A stretch of DNA of 64,000 nt, taken from the NCBI GenBank assembly GCA_963703345.1, contig OY969814.1, positions 1,696,001-1,760,000 on the forward strand, written 5' to 3'. The DNA comes from an uncultured Chloroflexia bacterium (GTDB taxonomy: Bacteria > Chloroflexota > Dehalococcoidia > DSTF01 > JALHUB01). Below are positions 9,097 through 18,336 of this stretch, piece after piece. The position numbers and the translations under genes are program-made. The first letter of the stretch is position 1; every line of letters begins with the position of its first letter. A model generated the notes under the pieces. It was given only the letters and a program-made list of their open reading frames with translations. It was not told the origin of the DNA and ran no database searches.

Positions 9097-10323
9097 ATGA
9101 CAATCGAGATACGCCCGGTCCGCGACGAAGAGCTGGCGGACTTCATCTTCGCCAACGCCTACGCCTTCAATCAGGACAGGCGGCCGGAAGCGCTGGCGGA
9201 GGCAGTCTCGAGGTCGAGGGCGTACGTGCCGCTGGAATGGTCGCTGGCCGGCTTTGTCGATGGACGGCTGGTGGCGGGAATGCGCATCATCCCGCTGGTC
9301 ATGCGCGTCAACGGCGCGCCGCTGGCGATGGGCGCTATAGGCGGCGTGGCCTCCCTGCCGGAGCACCGGCGTCATGGCTACGTCGGCGCGCTGCTGCGAC
9401 GCGCCCTGGCCGATATGCGGGAGCGAGGTCAGGTCCTCTCGGGGTTGTACACGCCTCACGTGCCACTCTACCGTCGCTACGGCTGGGAGATCGCCGCGAG
9501 AAACCTTCGCCTCACGTTCGCGCCGAAAGAGGTGAAGACGCTGGTCGCTCCTCCGGCTGAAGGGCGTTACCGGCGGGTGACGGCGGACGAGTGGCAAACG
9601 CTGAACGACCTCTACGAAGCGTACAGCTCAGAACGGAACGGCGTCCTCGTGCGGTCGGAGTCGTGGTGGCGGGACTGGGTGTTCGGACGGGAGCGCGATA
9701 CGCCGGACGCCGCGCTTTGGGAGGACGGCGAAGGACGGCCGCGCGGCTACGTGCTCTACTATACCCGTCGCGCGGAGCTTCCCGACAGGCCATGGCCGCA
9801 GAGCCGGCTGTGGGTGCGGGAGCTGGCGACACAGGACGCAGGCGCCTGCGTCGCGCTCGTCAATTACCTGCTCTCCCACGACATTCACGAAAAGATCGAG
9901 TGGCTGGCGTCGCCGGACGAGCCGCTGCTCAGCCTGCTGGACGACCCGCAGCGGGTGCGCACCGAAGCCTGGTCGGCGCTGATGCTGCGCATTGTCGATG
10001 TCCCCGCGGCGCTGCGGGCGCGAGGATGTCCGGCTCAGGCGGAGGGCCGCTTCGTACTGGGCGTTCGCGACACCGTGGCGCCGTGGAACGACGGGACGTG
10101 GCGCGTCGAAGCGCAGGGCGGGCGGTTGGAGGTGTCGGCGGACGGCGGCTCAGCGGACCTCGTCGCCGACGCGGCGGTCCTGGCGCCTATCTTCAACGGC
10201 CACCTGTCGCCGCGAGAGGCCGCGCGTATGGGGCGCCTGCAAGTCGAGAGCGAAACGGCGCTGGAAGCGGCCACAGCGGTCTTCTCGGTCAAGCATCCCC
10301 CCTTCTGCCTCGACTGGTTCTAG
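9097..10323 (+). CDS. Eis-family GNAT acetyltransferase with C-terminal SCP2-like domain
   Basis: GGVASLPEHRRHGY, LYRRYGWE, LMLRIVDVPAAL, PWNDGTW, C-terminal DWF. Confidence 0.9.
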   Translation: MTIEIRPVRDEELADFIFANAYAFNQDRRPEALAEAVSRSRAYVPLEWSLAGFVDGRLVAGMRIIPLVMRVNGAPLAMGAIGGVASLPEHRRHGYVGALLRRALADMRERGQVLSGLYTPHVPLYRRYGWEIAARNLRLTFAPKEVKTLVAPPAEGRYRRVTADEWQTLNDLYEAYSSERNGVLVRSESWWRDWVFGRERDTPDAALWEDGEGRPRGYVLYYTRRAELPDRPWPQSRLWVRELATQDAGACVALVNYLLSHDIHEKIEWLASPDEPLLSLLDDPQRVRTEAWSALMLRIVDVPAALRARGCPAQAEGRFVLGVRDTVAPWNDGTWRVEAQGGRLEVSADGGSADLVADAAVLAPIFNGHLSPREAARMGRLQVESETALEAATAVFSVKHPPFCLDWF

Positions 10324-10331
10324 ACATTTCT

Positions 10332-10478
10332 CCCCGAGCGCGTGTCTGAGGCGTCGCTACCGGCAGCCCGGAGCGCGTGGCTACAAGCGCCCCGAGCGCG
10401 TGTCTGAGGCGTCGCTACCGGCAGCCCGGAGCGCGTGGCCTCAAGCGCCCCGAGCGCGTGTCTGAGACGTCGCTACCG
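10332..10478. repeat. Intergenic tandem repeat, 58-bp unit, about 2.5 copies
   Basis: Unit cccgagcgcgtgtctgaggcgtcgctaccggcagcccggagcgcgtggctacaagcgc is repeated; the same family occurs at 54813..54940. Confidence 0.9.
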
Positions 10479-10511
10479 CCTCCCGCCTGCCATGCATCGC
10501 CCGCTTGCCGG

Positions 10512-10520
10512 TGCTATAAT
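10512..10520 (+). promoter_or_regulatory. Extended -10 promoter of amrS (near-leaderless)
   Basis: TGcTATAAT ends 9 nt before the ATG at 10530; no SD. Confidence 0.55.
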
Positions 10521-10529
10521 TGAAGCCAA

Positions 10530-11609
10530 ATGATCACGATTCCTAGCACAAACCGCGAGGCGGTGCTCTGGGAGGCGGGCGCCGCCGGTAAGCTGCGCTG
10601 CAACGTCTGCCACTGGCGCTGCCTGATCCCCAACGGCGCCTTCGGCGTGTGCCGCATGCGTCGCGCCGTCGACGGGCGAGTCGTACTGTACAACTACCCG
10701 GGCGTCGCCTCGGCGAACAACGACCCGGTGGAGAAGAAGCCGCTCTTTCACTTCCACCCGGGCTCGAACTGCCTGTCGTTGGGCTCGTGGGGGTGCAACT
10801 TCCACTGCAAGCACTGTCAGAACTGGGAGATCTCCTTCGCCTCGCCGGAGCAGGCGCAGCGGCTTTCGCACGACCTGACGCCCGCTGATGCCGTCACCCT
10901 GGCGAAGCGGCTCGGCAGCCAGGGAATCGCCTTCACCTACAACGAGCCCGGCATCTGGCTGGAGTACGCGCTCGACTGCGCGAGGCCGGCGAAAGAGGCG
11001 GGCCTATACACTGTTTTCGTGACGAACGGCTTCAGCACGCCGGAAGCACTCGACCTGATCGGGCCGTACCTCGACGCCTACCGCGTCGACGTGAAGGGCT
11101 TCAGCGATGAGTTCCACCGCGACCTGGCGAAGGTGAGCCGCTGGCGCCGCGTGTTGGAGTCGACGGAGTACGCCAGGAAGCGCTGGGACATGCACGTCGA
11201 AATCGTCACCAACGTCATTCCGACGCTGAACGACGACGAGGCGCAACTCCGCGGAATCGCGCGATGGATCCGCGACGCGCTGGGCGAAGCGACGCCCTGG
11301 CACGTCACCGCCTTTCAGCCGCATCACAAGCTGGGTCATCTGCCGCCGACGCCGGTTGAGACGCTGGACAGGGCGATGGCCATCGGCCGCGAGGAGGGGT
11401 TGCTCTTCGTCTACCCGGGGAACGTCTTCGGCCATCCAGACGAGAGCACGCGCTGTCCGCGCTGCCACGAAGTCGTTATCAGCCGCGCCGGCTACCAGAC
11501 GCGGAAGCGCGCCCTTACGCCCGACGGCAATTGCGCCAATTGCGGCGCCGAGCTCAACATCCGCACGATAGCGTACCAGCGACGCCTGCCCGTCTCCGCA
11601 GCTTCGTGA
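10530..11609 (+). CDS. amrS: AmmeMemoRadiSam system radical SAM enzyme
   Basis: N-terminal CNVCHWRC..GVC, DPVEKKPLFHFHPG, GCNFHCKHCQNWEIS, AFTYNEP, C-terminal CPRC..CANC. Confidence 0.93.
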   Translation: MITIPSTNREAVLWEAGAAGKLRCNVCHWRCLIPNGAFGVCRMRRAVDGRVVLYNYPGVASANNDPVEKKPLFHFHPGSNCLSLGSWGCNFHCKHCQNWEISFASPEQAQRLSHDLTPADAVTLAKRLGSQGIAFTYNEPGIWLEYALDCARPAKEAGLYTVFVTNGFSTPEALDLIGPYLDAYRVDVKGFSDEFHRDLAKVSRWRRVLESTEYARKRWDMHVEIVTNVIPTLNDDEAQLRGIARWIRDALGEATPWHVTAFQPHHKLGHLPPTPVETLDRAMAIGREEGLLFVYPGNVFGHPDESTRCPRCHEVVISRAGYQTRKRALTPDGNCANCGAELNIRTIAYQRRLPVSAAS

Positions 11610-11616
11610 GGGTGCC

Positions 11617-13014
11617 ATGAGCGGAATCGTCTACGCCTGCATCGCGCCTCATCCGCCGGTCATCGTCCACGAGGTGGGCCACGGCCGTGAGGCTGAGACG
11701 CGTCGTACCATTGCCGCCCTGGAACGAGTAGCGGCCGATCTGGCTTCCCTGCGACCGGAGACCGTGATCGTCATCAGCCCGCACGGGCCGGTCCAGGCGG
11801 AGGGCGCCGGCATACTGGCGACCCGCGAGGTCAACGGCGACATGGGACGCTGGGACGCGCCACAGGTCCGCTTCGATTTCGAGAACGACCTCGATACTGT
11901 AGCGGCCATCCAATCGGAGGCCGAGGCGGCGCAGTTGCCGCTCGTAGCGCTGGAGCAGTGGGACGACGGCGCCATCGAAGGGCTCGACTGGGGCTGCACG
12001 GTGCCGCTGTACTATCTGCGCTCCGGCCTAGAGGGAGCTCGCCTCGTTCCGATAGCGCCGTCGTTCGGGACGCTGCGCTACCATTACGCGCTCGGCGAAG
12101 CGATCGGGCGGGCGATGGCGCAGCTTTCGAAGCGAGCGGCCGTCATTTGCAGCGCCGACCTGTCGCACGCCCTGCTGCCGGGCGCTCCCAGCCGCTATGA
12201 TCCGGCGGGTCGCGAGTTCGACAGCGCTTATCAGGACGCTATCGCGACGTGGGACGTCGATTGGGTTCTGGAGGCGACGCGCGACTTTCGGGCCCGCGCC
12301 GCCGAGGATGCGCTGCCACAAACGGCGATGCTTATGGGCATCTTGAGCGCGCACGAGGTCCGGCCGCGCATCCTTTCGTACGAAGGGCCGTTCGGCGTCG
12401 GCTACATGGTGGCGGCGATTGACGTCGGCGGAACGGACGGGACTGAGGCAGGGGACGTCGAGCCGGCAGCCGAGCGGACGCCGCGTGAGCCGCAGCATCC
12501 CTATGTGCAGCTCGCCAAGCAGACCGTCGAGCGTTTCGTCCGCGCCGACCGCTTTCTCTGGTCGCAGGACCTGCCGCTCGAGATCGGGGCCGCTTTCGAG
12601 TCGGAGCCACCGGCAGGCGTCTTCGTCTCGATAAAGAAGCACGGCGACCTGCGCGGCTGCATCGGCACCATCGAGGCAACGCAGACGAACGTGGGCATGG
12701 AGATCGTGCACAACGCCGTCGCCGCCTGCAGTCGTGACCCACGCTTTCTGCCGATTACGGATGACGAGCTGCACCACTTGACCTACAGTGTCGACGTGCT
12801 GACGGAGCCGGAGCTTATTGGCGGCGAGGACGAGCTGGACCCGAGCCGCTACGGAGTCATCGTCGAGTGCGCTGGGCGTCGCGGGCTGCTCCTGCCCGAC
12901 CTGGAAGGCGTCGACAGCGTCGAGGAGCAGGTGCGGATCGCGCGCATGAAGGCGGGCATCGGCGACGACAAGACCGTGAAGCTGTACCGCTTCGAGGTGC
13001 AGCGCTACACCTGA
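11617..13014 (+). CDS. amrA: Memo/LigB-like domain fused to AMMECR1 domain (AmmeMemoRadiSam protein A fusion)
   Basis: N-terminal PHPP, ISPH, SADLSH, SYEGPFGVGY; C-terminal GVFVSI, LRGCIGT, RDPRF, GLLLPDLEGV. Confidence 0.9.
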   Translation: MSGIVYACIAPHPPVIVHEVGHGREAETRRTIAALERVAADLASLRPETVIVISPHGPVQAEGAGILATREVNGDMGRWDAPQVRFDFENDLDTVAAIQSEAEAAQLPLVALEQWDDGAIEGLDWGCTVPLYYLRSGLEGARLVPIAPSFGTLRYHYALGEAIGRAMAQLSKRAAVICSADLSHALLPGAPSRYDPAGREFDSAYQDAIATWDVDWVLEATRDFRARAAEDALPQTAMLMGILSAHEVRPRILSYEGPFGVGYMVAAIDVGGTDGTEAGDVEPAAERTPREPQHPYVQLAKQTVERFVRADRFLWSQDLPLEIGAAFESEPPAGVFVSIKKHGDLRGCIGTIEATQTNVGMEIVHNAVAACSRDPRFLPITDDELHHLTYSVDVLTEPELIGGEDELDPSRYGVIVECAGRRGLLLPDLEGVDSVEEQVRIARMKAGIGDDKTVKLYRFEVQRYT

Positions 13015-13065
13015 TCCGCTCCGCTCTACCTCTCAAGTCCAACGTATAATAGAATCACCTGGGCT

Positions 13066-14724
13066 TTGCCAGCGAGGTCGGAGTTGCCGGAGAAGATCTT
13101 CATCGGTGTGGCGTGGCCGTATGCCAACGGCTCCCTTCACCTCGGCCAGATAGCGGGCGCGTACCTGCCGCCGGACATCTTCGCGCGCTATCACCGTCTG
13201 AAGGGAAACACCGTCCTAATGGTATCGGGCAGCGACCAGCATGGCACACCGATAACCGTCCGCGCGCAAGAGGAGGGCGTTACGCCGGCGGAGTTGGCGG
13301 CGCGCTTCCATCAGGAGTTCCTCGAATCGTGGCGAGCGCTGGGCATCGGCTTCGACCTGTACACGACAACGGGCACGCCAAACCACGCCGCCGTGACGCA
13401 GGACATGTTCCTGCGCCTGCACGAGAAAGGCGACATCTACCTCGACAGGATGCGGCTGCCTTACTGCACGGTCGAGCAGAAGTTCCTCCTCGACCGCTAT
13501 GTCGAAGGCACCTGCCCGATCTGCGGCTACACGGCTGCCCGCGGCGACCAGTGCGACAACTGCGGCAACCCGCTGGACCCGGAGGATCTGATCGACGCGC
13601 ACTGCAAGTTCGACGGCTCTACGCCGGAGGTACGGGAGTCGGAGCACTTCTTTCTTCGCCTCAGCGCTTATAACGAGCGGCTGAAAACCTGGCTTTCGAA
13701 GGACAAGGGGCACTGGCGACGGAACGTGCTGAACTTCTCGCTGGGGGCGCTGGAGCAGGGCCTGCGCGACCGGGCGATCACCCGTGACGTCGAATGGGGA
13801 ATCGAGATACCGCTGTCCGGCTACGAGCAGAAACGCATCTACGTCTGGTTCGAGGCCGTCATCGGCTACCTGTCGGCGGCGAAGGAATGGGCGCAGCTTC
13901 GCGGCACGCCGGAGGCCTGGCGCGAGTTCTGGGAAGATTCGAACTGCAAGAGCTACTACTTCATCGGCAAGGACAACATCTGGTTCCACACGCTGAGCTG
14001 GCCGTCGATGCTGATGGCTTACGGCGGCCTGAACCTGCCCTACGACGTTCCGGCAAACCAGTACCTGAACTTCGGCGGCGGCAAAGCTTCGACGAGCCGC
14101 GGCACGGCGCCCTTTCTGCCCGACTACCTCGCGCGCTACGACGCCGATACGCTGCGCTACCACCTGGCGGCGATCATGCCGGAGACGGCGGACAGCGAGT
14201 TTAGCGACGCCGATCTGCTGCGTCGCAACAACGACGAGCTGGTGGCGACCTGGGGGAACCTGGCGCATCGAGTGCTCACGTTCACCTATCGCCGCTTCGA
14301 CGGCCGCGTGCCGGCGCCGGGCGAACTCGACGCGGAGAGCCAGGTCCTGCTGGCGAAGGCGGACGCGGCGCTGAGCGAGGTCGGCGAGAACATCGGGCTG
14401 TGCCGCTTTCGCGCGGGGCTTTCGGCGGCGATGGGCTTCGCGCAGGAGACGAACCGCTACCTGGACGACAAGGCGCCCTGGAAGGCGATCCGCGACGACC
14501 CGCAGGCGGCGGCGATGTCGCTCTACACGGCGCTGGGCGCGATAAACGCCCTCAAGGTCGCTTTCTACCCGTATTTGCCGTTCACCTGCGAGCGGCTGCA
14601 CGGCTTCCTCGGCTTCGACGGCGAAGTGGCGTCGGGTGGCTGGCAGACGGCGCTGGTGCCGCCGGGCCAGCCGCTACGGGAGCCGGAGGCGCTGTTCAAG
14701 AAGCTGGAGCCGCCGGAGGAATGA
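13066..14724 (+). CDS. metG: Methionine--tRNA ligase
   Basis: [11 protein letters not shown] (HIGH-like), Zn-knuckle CxxC motifs, [19 protein letters not shown] (KMSKS-like); start could be 13066 or 13084. Confidence 0.96.
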   Translation: MPARSELPEKIFIGVAWPYANGSLHLGQIAGAYLPPDIFARYHRLKGNTVLMVSGSDQHGTPITVRAQEEGVTPAELAARFHQEFLESWRALGIGFDLYTTTGTPNHAAVTQDMFLRLHEKGDIYLDRMRLPYCTVEQKFLLDRYVEGTCPICGYTAARGDQCDNCGNPLDPEDLIDAHCKFDGSTPEVRESEHFFLRLSAYNERLKTWLSKDKGHWRRNVLNFSLGALEQGLRDRAITRDVEWGIEIPLSGYEQKRIYVWFEAVIGYLSAAKEWAQLRGTPEAWREFWEDSNCKSYYFIGKDNIWFHTLSWPSMLMAYGGLNLPYDVPANQYLNFGGGKASTSRGTAPFLPDYLARYDADTLRYHLAAIMPETADSEFSDADLLRRNNDELVATWGNLAHRVLTFTYRRFDGRVPAPGELDAESQVLLAKADAALSEVGENIGLCRFRAGLSAAMGFAQETNRYLDDKAPWKAIRDDPQAAAMSLYTALGAINALKVAFYPYLPFTCERLHGFLGFDGEVASGGWQTALVPPGQPLREPEALFKKLEPPEE

Positions 14725-15506
14725 CGCCGTTGTTCGACTCCCACTGCCACTTGCAGATGCCGGCCTTTGCGTCCGACCTGCCAGAGGTGCTGGAGCGGGC
14801 GCGGCAGGAGGGATGGGAGGCGAGCGTGGTTATCGGCATGGACGTGCCGAGCAGCCGGCAGGCGATTGACCTTGCCTCACGCTACGAGGGGCTTTACGCT
14901 ACCGTTGGGATGCATCCGCATGACGCAAGCTGCCTCGACGAGGAAGCGCTGGTGGCGCTGCGGGCGCTGGCGAAGGAGCCGCGGGTCGTCGCTATCGGTG
15001 AGACCGGGCTCGATTTCTATCGCAACCTGTCGGCGCCAGCGCTCCAGAGGAAGGCGTTTCGGGAGGAGCTCGCGCTGGCGTCGGAGGTGGACCTGCCGGT
15101 CGTGATTCACTCGCGACAGGCGCAGGAGGAGACGTTCGCGATCCTGCGGGACTGGGCAGACGGTCAGCCGGAGGCGAGGAAGCCATTCGGCGTGCTGCAC
15201 TGCTTCGCCGGCGATTCGGTGCTCGCGGAGGCGTACGTGGGACTGGGGTTCATGATATCGTTCGCGGGGAACGTCACGTATCCGAACGCGAGGCGGTTAC
15301 AGGCGGCTACGGCGTCGGTGCCGTTGGACGGCCTGCTCGTCGAAACCGATTGCCCGTTCCTGGCGCCGCAGAGCCGCCGCGGTAGGCGCTGCGAACCGGC
15401 GCACCTGCGGGAGACCGTCGAGTCCGTCGCCGGACTGCGGGGCAGCAGCGTCGCTGAGGTGGCCGGCGCAACGGCGGCGAACGCGCGGCGGCTTTACCGG
15501 CTGTAA
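14721..15506 (+). CDS. tatD: TatD family hydrolase
   Basis: [38 protein letters not shown]; ATG overlaps the metG stop. Confidence 0.93.
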   Translation: MTPLFDSHCHLQMPAFASDLPEVLERARQEGWEASVVIGMDVPSSRQAIDLASRYEGLYATVGMHPHDASCLDEEALVALRALAKEPRVVAIGETGLDFYRNLSAPALQRKAFREELALASEVDLPVVIHSRQAQEETFAILRDWADGQPEARKPFGVLHCFAGDSVLAEAYVGLGFMISFAGNVTYPNARRLQAATASVPLDGLLVETDCPFLAPQSRRGRRCEPAHLRETVESVAGLRGSSVAEVAGATAANARRLYRL

Positions 15507-15523
15507 GGTAAAATGAGGGGGCG

Positions 15524-16492
15524 ATGACAAGGACTGCCAACCTCTACGAACCGGTCCTGGCCGAGATGAGCCGGGTCGAGGAGACCCTGAGCTCGCTGGG
15601 CAACGTCGGCTCGCCGTGGCTGGCGGAGATGCTGGCCACAGTCCTCTTCAACGGCGGCAAGAGGATGCGTCCAGCGGTCTGCCTGCTGGCGGGCAAGTTC
15701 GGTGACCACGATGCCGATCTGTCCGTGCCGCTGGCGACGGCGCTGGAGCTGCTTCACACGGCCAGCCTTGTCCACGACGACGTCATCGACGGCGCCGGCA
15801 TCAGGCGCGGCCGGCCGACGGCGGGAAGGCTGTTCGATAACCATGCGGCGGTCATTCTCGGCGACTACGTCTTCGCCCAGGCGGCGGCCCTGGTAGCGCG
15901 AACGGGCAATCCGGCGGTTACCCGCCTGTTCGCCGAGACGATGGTGATGATGTCGAGCGCGCAGCTCGAGGAGGACCGCGTGGCGTTCGATTACAACCAG
16001 ACGCTGGACACCTATCTGCGGCGAATCCGGGGAAAGACGGCCTCGCTGTTCGCGATTGCCGGGCAGGGCGGCGCGCTGGTGAACGGCGTGTCGCTGGAAG
16101 AGGCGCAGTTGCTGCGGCTGTACGGCGAGAACCTGGGAATGGCGTTCCAGATCGTCGACGACATACTGGACTTCAGCGGCGACGAGTCGGAGATGGGGAA
16201 ACCGGTCGGCAGCGACCTGTCGCAGGGCACGCTGACGCTGCCGTCGCTGCTTCTGATCGAGCGCTACCCGGAGGAGAACCCGGTGAAGACGTTCTTCCTG
16301 GACGGCGGCGGCCCGGAGCACCTACACGAGGCTATCGCGATGGTGCGCGACTCCGGCATCCTGCACGAGGCGCTCACGCGGGCGAAGGGCTTCGGCGATG
16401 CAGCACGCGCGGCGCTGGCGGCGCTGCCGTTGACGCCGCAGCGGAGCTCGTTGGAGGAGATAGCGGCGTACGTGTTGGAGCGTCGGGCGTAG
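15524..16492 (+). CDS. Polyprenyl diphosphate synthase (HepT/IspB-like)
   Basis: GGKRMRP, LHTASLVHDDVID, GKTASLF, FQIVDDILD. Confidence 0.93.
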   Translation: MTRTANLYEPVLAEMSRVEETLSSLGNVGSPWLAEMLATVLFNGGKRMRPAVCLLAGKFGDHDADLSVPLATALELLHTASLVHDDVIDGAGIRRGRPTAGRLFDNHAAVILGDYVFAQAAALVARTGNPAVTRLFAETMVMMSSAQLEEDRVAFDYNQTLDTYLRRIRGKTASLFAIAGQGGALVNGVSLEEAQLLRLYGENLGMAFQIVDDILDFSGDESEMGKPVGSDLSQGTLTLPSLLLIERYPEENPVKTFFLDGGGPEHLHEAIAMVRDSGILHEALTRAKGFGDAARAALAALPLTPQRSSLEEIAAYVLERRA

Positions 16493-16522
16493 ACTTCGTT
16501 CGTCAACCGATCTTACCAAGAC

Positions 16523-16576
16523 GCCGAGACTGGAAAGTCTCGGCTACGTTGTTTGTGGGTCTCGGCTACGTTGTTT
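16523..16576. repeat. GTAG-type REP-like hairpin plus partial duplicate between convergent genes
   Basis: gccgagac-tggaaa-gtctcggc-tac, then a second gtctcggctacgttgttt; homolog at 58763. Confidence 0.7.
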
Positions 16577-16588
16577 ATCGTTGCGTTG

Positions 16589-17374
16589 TTACGTCGCGTC
16601 GGGAGAAACGGGCGCCGGCGTGTGGCGGAGCGTTTCGATGAAGCGAGCGGAGCGCACGTCGCGCTCGAGCACATAGAGAAGGTACTCCTTCAGATGGCGC
16701 TCCAGCTCCGCCTCCAGCGCGGGAGCCGTTCGGACGCGCATCACCTGCGCGAAGCCGCCCTTCTGAATGAGTCGCATCACCTTCAAGGCGTTCACCGATA
16801 GCGGGCGCGACATCGGCGCATTGGCGGCGCAGGCCGGGCAGAGGACACCGCCGGATTCCGCGCTCCAGGCGTTGGGGACGGGCTGCAACGCCGCGCCGCA
16901 GAGTACGCATTCCTCCGTCTGCGGCTGATAGCCCAGGTGGCCAAGCAGGCGCATCTCGAAGAAGCGCAGCGTCATGTCCAGTCGCTCTTCCGTCGCCAGG
17001 CGGCGGAGCGTCTCCAGGAAGAGGCGGAAGACGGGATAGCTTTCCTGGCGCTCCGGCGTGAAGCGCTCCACGAGCTCGGCGGCGTAAAAGGCGCGTCCGG
17101 TGCGCTCCAGGTCTTCGCGCAGCGATGGGAAGACCTCCAGCGTCTGCGCCTGGGTGACGATGTCCAGCTCACGGCCGCGGGCGAGCATAAAGGACGTGTA
17201 GGTGAACGGCTCGACGTGGCCGGCAAGCTTGCTGCGGGGTCGTCGCACTCCCTTGGCGACGGCGTCGAGCTTGCCGAGGTTGGGCGTGAAGACGGTGACT
17301 ATCTTGTCGGCCTCGCCGAGGCGACGCTGGCGGAGGACGATGCCGTTGGTCTTGTAGACCTTTGGGATTGTCAT
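16589..17374 (-). CDS. recO: DNA repair protein RecO
   Basis: LGEADKIV, AVAKGVRRPRSKLAG, CVLC..CPAC zinc finger; start MTIPKVYKT. Confidence 0.95.
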   Translation of the reverse strand: MTIPKVYKTNGIVLRQRRLGEADKIVTVFTPNLGKLDAVAKGVRRPRSKLAGHVEPFTYTSFMLARGRELDIVTQAQTLEVFPSLREDLERTGRAFYAAELVERFTPERQESYPVFRLFLETLRRLATEERLDMTLRFFEMRLLGHLGYQPQTEECVLCGAALQPVPNAWSAESGGVLCPACAANAPMSRPLSVNALKVMRLIQKGGFAQVMRVRTAPALEAELERHLKEYLLYVLERDVRSARFIETLRHTPAPVSPDAT

Positions 17375-17387
17375 GGCGGGACGCCGG

Positions 17388-17996
17388 CTAAACTTCCTGA
17401 CGACCCTCGATGGCGCGGGTGAGAGTGACGTCGTCGGCATACTCGAGGTCGGCGCCGACGGGCAGGCCGCGGGCGAGGCGCGTCACCCTGATGCCGAGCG
17501 GCGCGATGAGCCGCGTGAGGTACATGGCGGTCGCTTCGCCCTCCAGGTTGGGGTTCGTCGCCATGATGACTTCGCGCACCTCCGCCGGCGACTGCAGCCG
17601 CGCCAGGAGCTCACGCACCTTCAGCTCGTCGGGGCCGATGCCGTCCATGGGCGAGATGACGCCGTGCAGGACGTGGTAGAGCCCTTTATAGCTACCCGTG
17701 CGTTCCAGGGCCAGGATGTCGAGCGGCTCCTCGACGACGCAGATCTTCGACCGGTCGCGCTGGTCGTCCTGGCAGACCGCGCAGGGGTCGGCGTCGGTGA
17801 TGTTCTGGCAGGTGGAGCAGAGGACAATCTTCTCCTTCATCTCCAGGATCGCCTCGGCGAGGATCTGCGCCTCTTCTTGCGGCGCGCGCAGGAGGTAGTA
17901 GGTCAGTCGCTGGGCGCTCTTCGGACCGATGCCGGGCAGCTTGTTGAACGCTTCTATCAGGCGGCTTACGGGGAGCGCGGTGGTCGTCTGGGTCAT
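17388..17996 (-). CDS. recR: Recombination mediator RecR
   Basis: [47 protein letters not shown]. Confidence 0.97.
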   Translation of the reverse strand: MTQTTTALPVSRLIEAFNKLPGIGPKSAQRLTYYLLRAPQEEAQILAEAILEMKEKIVLCSTCQNITDADPCAVCQDDQRDRSKICVVEEPLDILALERTGSYKGLYHVLHGVISPMDGIGPDELKVRELLARLQSPAEVREVIMATNPNLEGEATAMYLTRLIAPLGIRVTRLARGLPVGADLEYADDVTLTRAIEGRQEV

Positions 17997-18018
17997 CGAA
18001 TCCTCGTTATGTTCACCT

Positions 18019-18336
18019 CTAGCGCATGCCCGGGAAGCCAGGGCCGAGGCCGGCAGTGAGACCGGCCATGTGCTCCGTCTGAAGCGCCTGCGCCTTCTGA
18101 AGCGCCTCGTTGAAGGCGGCGATGACCAGGTCTTCGAGCATCTCCACGTCTTCGGGGTCGACGACTTCGGGCGATATCTTGAGGGAGCGGATCTCCAGGC
18201 TGCCGGAGACCGTGACCTTGACGGCGCCGCCGCCGGCGCTGCCTTCGGCCGTCATGTTGGCCAACTCTTCCTGAGCCTTCGCCAGGCGCGACTGCATCTG
18301 TTGGATCTGGCGCATCATGTCGCGGTTCATCTTCAT
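18019..18336 (-). CDS. ybaB: YbaB/EbfC nucleoid-associated protein
   Basis: [12 protein letters not shown] and [16 protein letters not shown]; lies between dnaX and recR. Confidence 0.95.
   Translation of the reverse strand: MKMNRDMMRQIQQMQSRLAKAQEELANMTAEGSAGGGAVKVTVSGSLEIRSLKISPEVVDPEDVEMLEDLVIAAFNEALQKAQALQTEHMAGLTAGLGPGFPGMR

Noticed and set aside
10332-10478. Possible mini-CRISPR
   Set aside because: Whole units repeat with no unique spacers; no leader or cas genes.
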